NCBI GenBank assembly: GCA_964599715.1
Contig: CAZRGY010000002.1
Span: 1-36,142, forward strand
Direction of reading: 5' to 3'
Source of the DNA: an uncultured Verrucomicrobiota bacterium
GTDB lineage: Bacteria > Verrucomicrobiota > Verrucomicrobiia > Limisphaerales > JAEYXS01
Length of the DNA: 36,142 nt
Below the pieces are notes generated by a model that worked only from the letters and a program-made list of their open reading frames with translations, did not search any database and was not told the DNA's origin. Every line of letters begins with the position of its first letter. The stretch's first letter is position 1. This document shows, piece by piece, positions 17,187 to 25,696 of the stretch. A program made the translations under genes and the position numbers.

Positions 17187-18917
17187 TTACTGGCTGCCGG
17201 TTGAAATCAGCCCGGCATTCTGGATCTGGCTGTTAAGCCATTCATTGAAGGCGATATTCGCCTGCCGGGAACGCATGTTGTCCAGATACTCTTTCAACTC
17301 CGCCTTCATCTTGGTCTCATCAGCGGGCAGGAACTTATCCACATACAGGACAAACCCGCCTTCTCCAGAAGAGATAAAGCCGCTGCTCTCTCCAGCTTTA
17401 CGCGCAAAAGCCGCCGAACGATACTGGAACGGCGAAATGCGGAAGGCCTCCAGTTCCGGGATCGAACTGGCGCTCCGGCCAAACGCGGAAAGATACACCA
17501 CATTGACCTTCTCGGCCTTGGCTATATCGATGAACTTCTTGCCAGCAGCCAGTCCATTGGTCACGGCACCAGCAAATTTATCCCCCGCTTCACGGGCAAG
17601 TTGGGCGGCCCGATAGCGGATGTAATCTTCCTGAACCTTGTCCTTAACTGTCTCAAACGGCTGCGGCACCGAAGGCAAACGGTTCTTGAAACCTAGCACA
17701 TAAAAATCATCCTCGGACTGCACAGGTTCAGCACCAAATGGCTGTTCACGATTGAGCCCAAATGCCTGTTGTGAAAACTGGGATGCACTCTTGATCCCTT
17801 TCGGCCCATCCAAAGCCGAAAATGGCTCAGTCTCGAAAATCTTGAGACCTTTCTTACCCGCCAGAGTAGCCAGATTGGTCATGTTGACCGGTTCGATCTC
17901 CAGCAACTCAGTCGCAAACTCATAAGCCTTCCGTTGGGCGATGCTGGAAGCCATCTGCGTTCTCACCTCATCACGGATCTTGTTCTTGGCTGCTTCCGCA
18001 GAGAGCATCAGACCTTTGTCATCCTTGAAAGTATTCGTCCCCCGTTGAATATACTGCTGATCGACAAACGCATTCAGATTGGTGTTCTTGGCCATCTCTT
18101 TGCCTGCCTCAACCAGATAGTTTATCGATTCAAACGCGACGTAGGAAACCTGCACCCGCGTAGGCAAATTGTAGTTGTTCACCTGATTGCTGTAGTATTG
18201 GCTGAGGGCTTTGGGATCGATATCCGTCTTGGCCTTGGCCATGAAGTTGCTCGTCGTGAACACCACCGCCTTGGTCTCCACCTGCTGATTGTCATAGCGA
18301 TAGGCTGCTTCTGCGACCGCCGGGGTCAGCAGACGGCCACTGGCGCTCAACAAGGAGCCCAACTGCTGGATACCCAACTCGTGCCGGATGAAGCGTTGGA
18401 AATCCTCGTCCGTGATTCCCTGTGGTTTGAGACGGTTCTCAACGAAGTTAGTGTATTGCTCCTTCACGCTGGCTTGCGCGCTGGCACTGCGGAACAATTG
18501 CGCCACCTGTTTGGCCACCGCTTCATCTCCCACGATGATATTCATTTCCTTCAGGCGGTTGTCTAACAAGAGGCGCTGCATGATCTGCTCTTCCATCTTC
18601 CATCCCATTTGCTCGGCCATGGAGCCGGCACGCGGCCAGTCCTGATAGCGGAAGAAATGAGTCAACATCGCCTCTTTCTGGGCGTTCAGGTACTGTTGAG
18701 GCGTGATGCGCCGCCCATTGATAGTGCCTAAATCAGTCTTTGGGCCGCCCCCAAGGCTCATGTCCGGGGTGAAGAAAAACACAAAGCTGGCGATGACCAG
18801 CAGCATGAAAAACATCGCCAGATACTGATGCCGTCTAATAAATGAAAACATAAATGACCAAAAATTGAGCCGGAAAGGTATCGGCCTACGCCAACCACGG
18901 TCAAACGGTTTTTCCAT
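17187..18917 (-). CDS. PpiD-like membrane-anchored periplasmic chaperone (SurA N-terminal domain / degenerate parvulin domain)
   Basis: An N-terminal anchor MFSFIRRHQYLAMFFMLLVIASFVFFF is followed by a long helical chaperone-like region and a parvulin-like segment (...QVSYVAF... and ...FSQQAFGLNREQPFGAEPVQSEDDFYVLGFKNR...). An alternative ATG at 18851 gives the typical PpiD-style N-terminus. Lies 19 nt upstream of the pseudouridine synthase gene on the same strand. Confidence 0.7.
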   Translation of the reverse strand: MEKPFDRGWRRPIPFRLNFWSFMFSFIRRHQYLAMFFMLLVIASFVFFFTPDMSLGGGPKTDLGTINGRRITPQQYLNAQKEAMLTHFFRYQDWPRAGSMAEQMGWKMEEQIMQRLLLDNRLKEMNIIVGDEAVAKQVAQLFRSASAQASVKEQYTNFVENRLKPQGITDEDFQRFIRHELGIQQLGSLLSASGRLLTPAVAEAAYRYDNQQVETKAVVFTTSNFMAKAKTDIDPKALSQYYSNQVNNYNLPTRVQVSYVAFESINYLVEAGKEMAKNTNLNAFVDQQYIQRGTNTFKDDKGLMLSAEAAKNKIRDEVRTQMASSIAQRKAYEFATELLEIEPVNMTNLATLAGKKGLKIFETEPFSALDGPKGIKSASQFSQQAFGLNREQPFGAEPVQSEDDFYVLGFKNRLPSVPQPFETVKDKVQEDYIRYRAAQLAREAGDKFAGAVTNGLAAGKKFIDIAKAEKVNVVYLSAFGRSASSIPELEAFRISPFQYRSAAFARKAGESSGFISSGEGGFVLYVDKFLPADETKMKAELKEYLDNMRSRQANIAFNEWLNSQIQNAGLISTGSQ

Positions 18918-19019
18918 CCCTTTTCGGCAAATCTTTTACTTTTCCCGGCTATCGGGTCTGAAATCGGACCAAATCCAACTTTACAAATCTTTGTTTTGTA
19001 TGACACGCTGGCCTAAAGT

Positions 19020-19403
19020 ATGGCGTTCACCAGCAAAACAATCACTCTCGGCCTTCTGGCATTGGGGCTCACGGGCTGCACTTCCAGCACCATTGTCAAC
19101 CTGACCCCCAGTCAACAACCCCGGAATGATACCGGCCTTTATCTCGTAGAGGCTGAGTGGCAAAGCAACCAGCGCAGCATTCGCTACGACACGCTTTCGC
19201 CCAAGGTGGTGGTCGGGACCAATGAATTCACCATGCGCCAGACCCAACTCCTGACCAACCGCTGGGAGGCCCTAGTGCCTGTAGCAAAGGACGAGAAATA
19301 CCTAAACTACCACTACAAGTTCGATTTCAAATATACCACGGTCCCGACGAAGCTGAATGACAGCAAGATTTCGCCGCCATACCAGCTGAAGATTACAGAA
19401 TAA
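19020..19403 (+). CDS. Small lipoprotein of unknown function
   Basis: 127-aa ORF with signal peptide plus lipobox MAFTSKTITLGLLALGLTG|C. It is followed by a strong terminator. I recognise no family. Confidence 0.6.
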   Translation: MAFTSKTITLGLLALGLTGCTSSTIVNLTPSQQPRNDTGLYLVEAEWQSNQRSIRYDTLSPKVVVGTNEFTMRQTQLLTNRWEALVPVAKDEKYLNYHYKFDFKYTTVPTKLNDSKISPPYQLKITE

Positions 19404-19423
19404 TTTCGCCCTGGTAAAACAAG

Positions 19424-19454
19424 AAAAAGGCCGCTCAGACAGAGCGGCCTTTTT
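19424..19454. terminator. Bidirectional Rho-independent terminator between the lipoprotein gene and the 2,029-aa gene
   Basis: 8-bp GC-rich stem GGCCGCTC/GAGCGGCC (19429-19436 / 19442-19449) with a 5-nt loop. A5 lies upstream and T5(G)TTT downstream, so a U-tract follows the hairpin on both strands. Confidence 0.85.
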
Positions 19455-19481
19455 GTTTGGAAAGTTCTGCAAACGTGGAGC

Positions 19482-22400
19482 TTACCGCTCAAGCGCACGG
19501 TAGAATCTCAGGCCCGCTCCGGTGGATTCGTTATCTGTGAAGTTCAGCACCCCATCCAGCGTCGTGTTCGTATAGACCGGCGTCCAGTTGACAAGGTTGG
19601 TCGATACTTCGATCACATAAGTCAGACCAGGCTGACCGGCCAGATTGAGCGTAAACGGAACACCCGGACTAGGCTCAGAGCTAGCTGCCAAACTGGTCAC
19701 ACGGTTGATGCGGGTACCGATGAACGTCGTGCTGTTTTGGCTCTGGAGATCGATCTCATCAGCCACCACGGAAACACGGTTAGTCGGCGTACCAGCTGAA
19801 CTGCTAACCACTTCAATCGAGACCACAGTAGAAGATCCGGCTGCCAGACCGCCCAAGCTGAAGGTAAGCTCGTTACCGTCAGTGGCCGAAACCGCCGGCG
19901 TACTGGTCACGATAGAAACCCCGTTCGGCAACAGGCTGGTCAACCGCAGATTACTCGCTGCATCAGGCCCCATATTCGTGACCGTGATGGAATAGGTGAA
20001 ATTCTGACCTGCATAAGCCGGATTCGGCGTGCTCGTGCCAGTAACAGCCAACTCCGCCACCAGTTCGGCCGGAATGGTGGTCTGGATGGAAAGACTCCAT
20101 CCTGTAATACTGCCAGCATCACCAGCACCATCATCCACGATGTAGAGTTTCCAATCACCGTTTGGCACAATGCCGATAAACGATGCCAATGCCGTCCCAT
20201 AAGGACCGGCTGGCGCACCAGAGAAAACATCACCAGAACCATAATTAGTCGGTTTATATTGCCCGGCGCTGATCACACTGGCATCGGGCAAGGATGTTTC
20301 CGCTGCGTCATCGAACGTCAAGTCGATGCTGGCCACGTCTGCCCCGGCACCCGCGTCAGACATCAGGATGACGCCCTTGCCATCCGGTGATACTAAAAGA
20401 ATGTCCAAGTCATCCGGGAAACTGTGCGTCAATCCATTGATTTGCACGGTGACCTTGGCCACACGTCCTACCAACCCGGATACATTCACCGCACTCGGGT
20501 ACGTACCCGCAGGCCCGATCGCCGGAATAGTAACCGCAGCACTTGAGGTGATGGTAAGATCCTCCCCAAGCTGATATGGGAACGAGACGCTGCCGAGGGA
20601 ATTTGAACCAGTGGCCGTCAGGTCATAAAGGTCCAAGATTGCTGTAACCGTGGAACCGACATCGCCGGTCACAGAAAACACAAACTGTTGGGAAACACTC
20701 GCACCGCCTGCCTCAACCAAGCCATAGGGCTTGGCCCCTTCGCTGGTCGTGATGCCACTCTCACTCCGGAGAATGGCGATCAGATTGGTTGTGGCGATCG
20801 TGCCGGTGTTCTTCAAAGCGAAAGCGACCGTCACCGTTTCACCCGCATCCAAACCACGATTGGCCGGCAGCAAGCTTTCAGCAATCAGTACGCTACCGGC
20901 TTTCTCGATGGCCACAATCGGCTCTATCAGTTCTTTGCCCTGACTGACCGAGTTATCGGACTCGTCATCATCAAACTGATCAGAGCTCACTGATGCGTCG
21001 AACGTGGTCGCCGCAGCGATGCTACCCACCACTTCCAGATTCAAGCTGGCAGTCTGGCCATTGGTCAGCACCGGTATGACACCGCTAACAGTATCTCCCA
21101 CCTGAGTGACGGTGCCCGTGACCGAGACAAAGGAGGAAGAAACCAATTGGAAGCCAGCAGGCAAGACTTGCCCAATCGTCACGTTGGTCGCCCCAAAAGT
21201 GCCATTGTTCGTAACCGTCAGGGCGATTGTGAATGGATGTCCAACATAGATGTTCGTGCTGGGCAGAGTGATCCCGAGGGCCAGATTGGCTATGGTATCA
21301 TCATCCACGATCACGCCCTGCGCATCAGCCACCGCGATACTGCCGTTCACTACATTCTTCAAGTGCACAGTGAACGTCTCGTTGGTTTCAGCAAGATCAT
21401 CACCATTTACTACTACCGGGATATCCAGGCTGGTCGTGCCGTCAGGGAAAGTGAGCGTACCGGTAGTCGGCACATAATCGGCATTCTCTGTAGCCGACCC
21501 GGCCAGTATCTCATAATCAACCATCACCGTGCTGCCATCCGGCTTGCTGAGCGTGACGGTGAACAAGGCGTTGACCGTGGTGCCGAAAGCACCTTCCTGC
21601 ACGCTGGTGCCGGCGATCGACAGATTTGGACCATCATCATTTACGATGGTGCCCGTGGCTTGCATATCCCCAGCGCCTGCATTGACCGGATTAGCAAGGT
21701 TGAAGGTCAAAGTCTCATTGCCCTCCACCAGCAAGTCACCTCGGATTTCCACCGTCACGGTGGTTTGCAGCTGTCCCTGCTCAAAGGTCAAAGTGCCGGT
21801 CACGCTGGTGTAATCATTGTCAGCCAGAGCTGCTGTGCCATCTGCGGTGGAATAGTCTACAGTGACAGTTGATGCGGTGGGATTGGAAAGCTTAACCGTG
21901 AAAACCATGGCGGTTGTTCCGGTATCGCCTTCTGTTACCGAGACATCAGCAACGGACAAAGTCGGCTCGGTATCATTGTCCAGAATCGTGGCCTGCCCCT
22001 GATTGTCATCTATGGTGGCAAAGCTTGCCGTAGAAAGGTTCAGGAAAAACGTCTCCGTTGGTTCGAAAATAGCATCGCCCACGACCTTTACCAGCAACGT
22101 CTTGTTAGTCTCCCCCGGCTCAAACGCCAAGGTGCCTGACTTGGGCAGATAATCCAGCCCTACCGAAGCTGTCCCCGGAGCAGTACCATAATTCACCGTA
22201 ACTACATGACCGCTCCGTTCTGAGAGCTTGATGTTGAAGGCAAAATCTTTGGTGCCCGAATCTCCCTCGGTGATCGTGCCATCCGTCACGGTGATCTTAG
22301 CAGCCTGATCATCATCATCCAAGATTGTGGTGTAGGCCTGAGAACGCCCGATATAGGCATTAGTTGGCGCATAGATCACCACCGAAAAACCCTCGTCCGG

Positions 22401-25400
22401 CTCATCGACCAAGTCGCCGATGATCGGCACATTGATAGTGGCATTGGTGACACCTGGCGCAAAAATCAAAGTTCCCGCAGTGGCGACAAAATCCTCACCA
22501 CGTCTGGCTTTGCCATTAGCGGCCAAATACGCCATGGAAACCTGCTGGGTAGATACCATAGAAAGAGTGACATCAAAGCTGACGTTAGTCATCGTGTTGC
22601 CCTCTACCAACGGTAATGGATCATTGATAGTGGCGACCGGAACTGGCGGCGGCTCAACTGCCGCCAGCGAGGAAATGTAAACCGTCGTATCCAAGGCCGT
22701 ATCCGATGTATCACCAACGATGAAAGTCAGCTTGTTACTCACGGAATTGGGCGCCACCAAGGCGGAGAACGTCATTACAGCTTGGCCATTTGGGGCCAAA
22801 ATGCCGTTAAGTTCTGTTCCGGCGTAAGGCGTGAAAGCTGGATGGTTGATGTTCACCGGCTTGCCGCTCTGGAACGCGATATTCGTCCCGTTCAAGAAGA
22901 TACCGAAACCATCCACGAAAGGTGAGTTCACAAAATCCGGATACTCCTCAGATCCGAACACCACCTGGAAGGTCACATTGTTCGAACCCGGTGCGACATC
23001 GAAATAGATATCCAACTGGGTGACATCAAAATGATCAAACGTGCCACCTGTGATCGTATCCAACAATGTCTCCTGGGCGGATGTAGCTGCCACGCCATAA
23101 TCGGTGCTCAAGCCATTGATGAAATCCGGCCCGGTTTCATAATCATCCACATCACCAGAGGAGATGACGATTCCCGGTAGCGTCAATCCATAGGTATGCG
23201 GGCTGGAACCCAGCAATCGATAGGTACCCGCACTCAAACTGGCACCCAGGCGTTGACCGCTTATCTGCGCATCGCGAACGATCAATCCGCTATTGGTACT
23301 GATCAATGCAGACACAAGTTGCAGTGCATTAGTATCCGGAGTTACCACCAGATCAATGACGCCTACCAAGTCATCATCAATGATGGTGCCGACACCACCA
23401 GTTTGGATAACAGTCGCATTCGCTGAAACATTGGTCAGCTGCAGGAGGAAAGTTTCATTGAATTCCACCAAAGTATCGCCGATCACCTGCACATCCACAG
23501 TCTGGGCTGTTTCTCCCGGACTAAAGGTGACCGTGCCATTGGTAGCCACCACATCTAAGCCCACAGTTGCCGACTGGGATATGAGGGTGAAATCCACCGT
23601 GACAGGCGAGGTAGTCGGCCCGGAAAGGTTTATATCAAAGGTGATGTTGGTGTTACCGGTATTGCCTTCGACAACAAAGGCGTCAGCGGCATCCACAGTC
23701 ACGAGATTGGTATTCGGTCCCAAGACCACCTGGATATCAATGAACTCATTCGGAGCAACACCACCGATCCCCACCGGGGTGATGGTGATATTGGAATTCG
23801 TGTCAACAAATGACCTGCCCACAGCCAAAGCCGCATCTTGGATACTGCTGCCCGGGGTAGTCATATCCAGAAGGTCACTGTCTTGAAGAGTATTATACCC
23901 CCAAATGATGTAAGCACCGGTGCTCATGGAGGCATTGTTGGTAAAGGAGCGTTTGCAACCTACCCAATAGTTACGTGTGCCATCCTTGGGAATCTTCAGG
24001 GCAAGTGTGCCGGTTCCCGGCGAATGATCGAAACGGCTCACACGATATGTTCCGTTGGTAGTGACGGTGATGACGTTAGTGTTCGGAATCCAGTCCAGCA
24101 GGGTCTTGGACCAAGGATTGAAATCTACCAAGGGTGTGTCGGCAAAGTTAGCTCCCTGTGTATCGTAGTCATCTCCATAGGCGATGCTCGTGCCACCCAA
24201 GTCGGCCGCATTATTACCCGTGACTTGCCAGAGGCTTCCGTGAATCAGGCCAAACGTATGACCAAGTTCGTGAGAAGCGATACGGAAATCCCATTCACCA
24301 TTCGCCCAGAGATATGGCCCATTGACTTGAGCCAGACCACCATAGGTGATCTGCGAACCCGGCAAGGTATGCAATCCCGAGAACAGAACAAAAATACGAT
24401 CAAAACTGGCTAGATTATAGTCTGCGCTAGCCAAGGTGCGAGCATGCGAGTGCAATAGGGCATTGGCATCGGCAACAGCATAAGAAAGTGCCGTCTGCGG
24501 CAATCGGTAAAGCTGGGTAGTAACTGTATTGGTTAGAGTTGTCTTGCCATAAGAACTGCTCGCGTACCACGGGTTTACCAAGGTGTCGGCAAGGTTTTTG
24601 ACATAGGCCGCCGTATATATGGTGGGATTCGATCCGCCGCTCCGCGGATCACCCGGCAGGTCGGAAAAATCAACCCGGATGATCAACACACTTTTCAGAC
24701 CTTCGGTCCAAGGGCTGCCAACTACCGTGGACGCCTGATTGCCACCTGGCTGTAAAATCGCTGATGCGGATTGCTTGGGTGCAGGTCCGAATCCGGCTTC
24801 AGCCGCCGTAAGACTTTGAACCGTTTGGTTAAATTGAGCGCGCGAACCAAACGAATAGACCTGCCCGCCTATTTGAGCCGTCACAGCCGCCGGCTGTCCT
24901 TGCGCCAGATTGACTGCAGGCATATTTGCCGCCAAAACCTCACCGGGCTCCAGCTCGCGTGCCGGACTCTCATGCAACGCCAAGACACCGCCCACCGCCA
25001 CACCGTGTAGCGGGATGCCGTGTTTGGTGATCAAAGCAGAGCGGCGACCATACGAGTACGCCTCATACTTGCTGCCATTTAGGGTGACAGTGGAGTAAAT
25101 GCCCTTCTGCGGGATACGAACAAACAGAGACGGGAACGCGCAATACGCATCCACGTCGCCTATTCCGGAAACCCTGGTCTCCAACTCTGCGACCACATTG
25201 GCCGGCAACCTGTTGCGAACGGAGACCGGGACACTCAAGGAGATTGCCGCCGCCGGATTGGTTTTGATCATGGCCGCGAGGATGGCCTTCCGCGTCTTGG
25301 CCAGGTCAACACCCTGACTCAACATCTGCCCCTGCACCGCCGGAGAAGCGGCTACATATTGCTCTGCCCAACTGCGGAATGCCGTCATGGCGGGGGCGGC

Positions 25401-25571
25401 TTGCGGGCTGCTCCAGGCACTGGCATATGCTTGAGTAGTTCCACCTTCAGCCACCTGCGCGCGGCCATCATGACCGGCCAACAAGGCGAGCCCCAGCAGC
25501 AGGCATTTCGTCAAAGTGAATCCGAAAGCAACAGATTCGCTACGTATTGTTTTCATGAAAAGACAACGCAT
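19482..25571 (-). CDS. Giant secreted multidomain protein carrying a metzincin (M11/gametolysin-like) protease
   Basis: 2,029-aa ORF. Domains in order:
- signal peptide MKTIRSESVAFGFTLTKCLLLGLALLAGHDGRAQ (alternative ATG at 25556)
- zinc motif HELGHTFGLIH (24240-24272), followed by YGDDYD and NPWSKTLLDWI
- Calx-beta unit 1
- a segment with VVFGSEEYPDFVNSPFVDGFGIFLNGTNIA (choice-of-anchor-L-like)
- Calx-beta units 2-5 (...DY..GTLTF.PGE...E.NETF...)
- DUF11-like repeat (TVTNNG...)
- CARDB-like domain
- P-domain (FPDDLDILLVSPDG...GDWKLYIVDD...GWSLSI)
- second DUF11-like repeat
- a tail ending GLRFYRALER. Confidence 0.9.
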   Translation of the reverse strand: MRCLFMKTIRSESVAFGFTLTKCLLLGLALLAGHDGRAQVAEGGTTQAYASAWSSPQAAPAMTAFRSWAEQYVAASPAVQGQMLSQGVDLAKTRKAILAAMIKTNPAAAISLSVPVSVRNRLPANVVAELETRVSGIGDVDAYCAFPSLFVRIPQKGIYSTVTLNGSKYEAYSYGRRSALITKHGIPLHGVAVGGVLALHESPARELEPGEVLAANMPAVNLAQGQPAAVTAQIGGQVYSFGSRAQFNQTVQSLTAAEAGFGPAPKQSASAILQPGGNQASTVVGSPWTEGLKSVLIIRVDFSDLPGDPRSGGSNPTIYTAAYVKNLADTLVNPWYASSSYGKTTLTNTVTTQLYRLPQTALSYAVADANALLHSHARTLASADYNLASFDRIFVLFSGLHTLPGSQITYGGLAQVNGPYLWANGEWDFRIASHELGHTFGLIHGSLWQVTGNNAADLGGTSIAYGDDYDTQGANFADTPLVDFNPWSKTLLDWIPNTNVITVTTNGTYRVSRFDHSPGTGTLALKIPKDGTRNYWVGCKRSFTNNASMSTGAYIIWGYNTLQDSDLLDMTTPGSSIQDAALAVGRSFVDTNSNITITPVGIGGVAPNEFIDIQVVLGPNTNLVTVDAADAFVVEGNTGNTNITFDINLSGPTTSPVTVDFTLISQSATVGLDVVATNGTVTFSPGETAQTVDVQVIGDTLVEFNETFLLQLTNVSANATVIQTGGVGTIIDDDLVGVIDLVVTPDTNALQLVSALISTNSGLIVRDAQISGQRLGASLSAGTYRLLGSSPHTYGLTLPGIVISSGDVDDYETGPDFINGLSTDYGVAATSAQETLLDTITGGTFDHFDVTQLDIYFDVAPGSNNVTFQVVFGSEEYPDFVNSPFVDGFGIFLNGTNIAFQSGKPVNINHPAFTPYAGTELNGILAPNGQAVMTFSALVAPNSVSNKLTFIVGDTSDTALDTTVYISSLAAVEPPPVPVATINDPLPLVEGNTMTNVSFDVTLSMVSTQQVSMAYLAANGKARRGEDFVATAGTLIFAPGVTNATINVPIIGDLVDEPDEGFSVVIYAPTNAYIGRSQAYTTILDDDDQAAKITVTDGTITEGDSGTKDFAFNIKLSERSGHVVTVNYGTAPGTASVGLDYLPKSGTLAFEPGETNKTLLVKVVGDAIFEPTETFFLNLSTASFATIDDNQGQATILDNDTEPTLSVADVSVTEGDTGTTAMVFTVKLSNPTASTVTVDYSTADGTAALADNDYTSVTGTLTFEQGQLQTTVTVEIRGDLLVEGNETLTFNLANPVNAGAGDMQATGTIVNDDGPNLSIAGTSVQEGAFGTTVNALFTVTLSKPDGSTVMVDYEILAGSATENADYVPTTGTLTFPDGTTSLDIPVVVNGDDLAETNETFTVHLKNVVNGSIAVADAQGVIVDDDTIANLALGITLPSTNIYVGHPFTIALTVTNNGTFGATNVTIGQVLPAGFQLVSSSFVSVTGTVTQVGDTVSGVIPVLTNGQTASLNLEVVGSIAAATTFDASVSSDQFDDDESDNSVSQGKELIEPIVAIEKAGSVLIAESLLPANRGLDAGETVTVAFALKNTGTIATTNLIAILRSESGITTSEGAKPYGLVEAGGASVSQQFVFSVTGDVGSTVTAILDLYDLTATGSNSLGSVSFPYQLGEDLTITSSAAVTIPAIGPAGTYPSAVNVSGLVGRVAKVTVQINGLTHSFPDDLDILLVSPDGKGVILMSDAGAGADVASIDLTFDDAAETSLPDASVISAGQYKPTNYGSGDVFSGAPAGPYGTALASFIGIVPNGDWKLYIVDDGAGDAGSITGWSLSIQTTIPAELVAELAVTGTSTPNPAYAGQNFTYSITVTNMGPDAASNLRLTSLLPNGVSIVTSTPAVSATDGNELTFSLGGLAAGSSTVVSIEVVSSSAGTPTNRVSVVADEIDLQSQNSTTFIGTRINRVTSLAASSEPSPGVPFTLNLAGQPGLTYVIEVSTNLVNWTPVYTNTTLDGVLNFTDNESTGAGLRFYRALER

Positions 25572-25649
25572 CGCAAAAAAAGATTAAACGTGGACAGGGA
25601 CAAAAATAATGCATGCCGAGCAGATACTCCAAGCACAATCTGGCGAAGC

Positions 25650-25689
25650 TAAAACAGCAACGCCGCCAAGGTTACCCTTGGCGGCGTTG
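25650..25689 (-). terminator. Rho-independent terminator between the two giant genes
   Basis: Perfect 14-bp stem CAACGCCGCCAAGG/CCTTGGCGGCGTTG (25658-25671 / 25676-25689) with loop TTAC. It begins 8 nt after the TAA stop at 25697-25699. On the minus strand it is followed by CTGTTTTAG. Confidence 0.65.
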
Positions 25690-25696
25690 GCACATT

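Noticed and set aside
19485-19660. The C-terminal tail as a PEP-CTERM, LPXTG or T9SS sorting signal.
   Set aside because: There is no PEP or LPXTG motif, no terminal hydrophobic helix plus basic cluster, and the lineage is not Bacteroidota. The tail is hydrophilic and ends ...GLRFYRALER. It is kept as an unassigned candidate instead.
20076-20558. Calling the giant proteins kexin/furin-like proprotein convertases because of their P-domains.
   Set aside because: No subtilase catalytic domain (the D-H-S triad motifs such as DDG, HGT, GTS) is visible in either protein. The P-domains are stand-alone cassettes.
25359-25652. A 97-aa plus-strand ORF spanning the start of the 2,029-aa gene and the inter-giant spacer.
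   Set aside because: It mostly overlaps the signal-peptide-coding region antisense, has a low-complexity Gly/Arg-rich translation, and has no recognisable features or ribosome-binding context.
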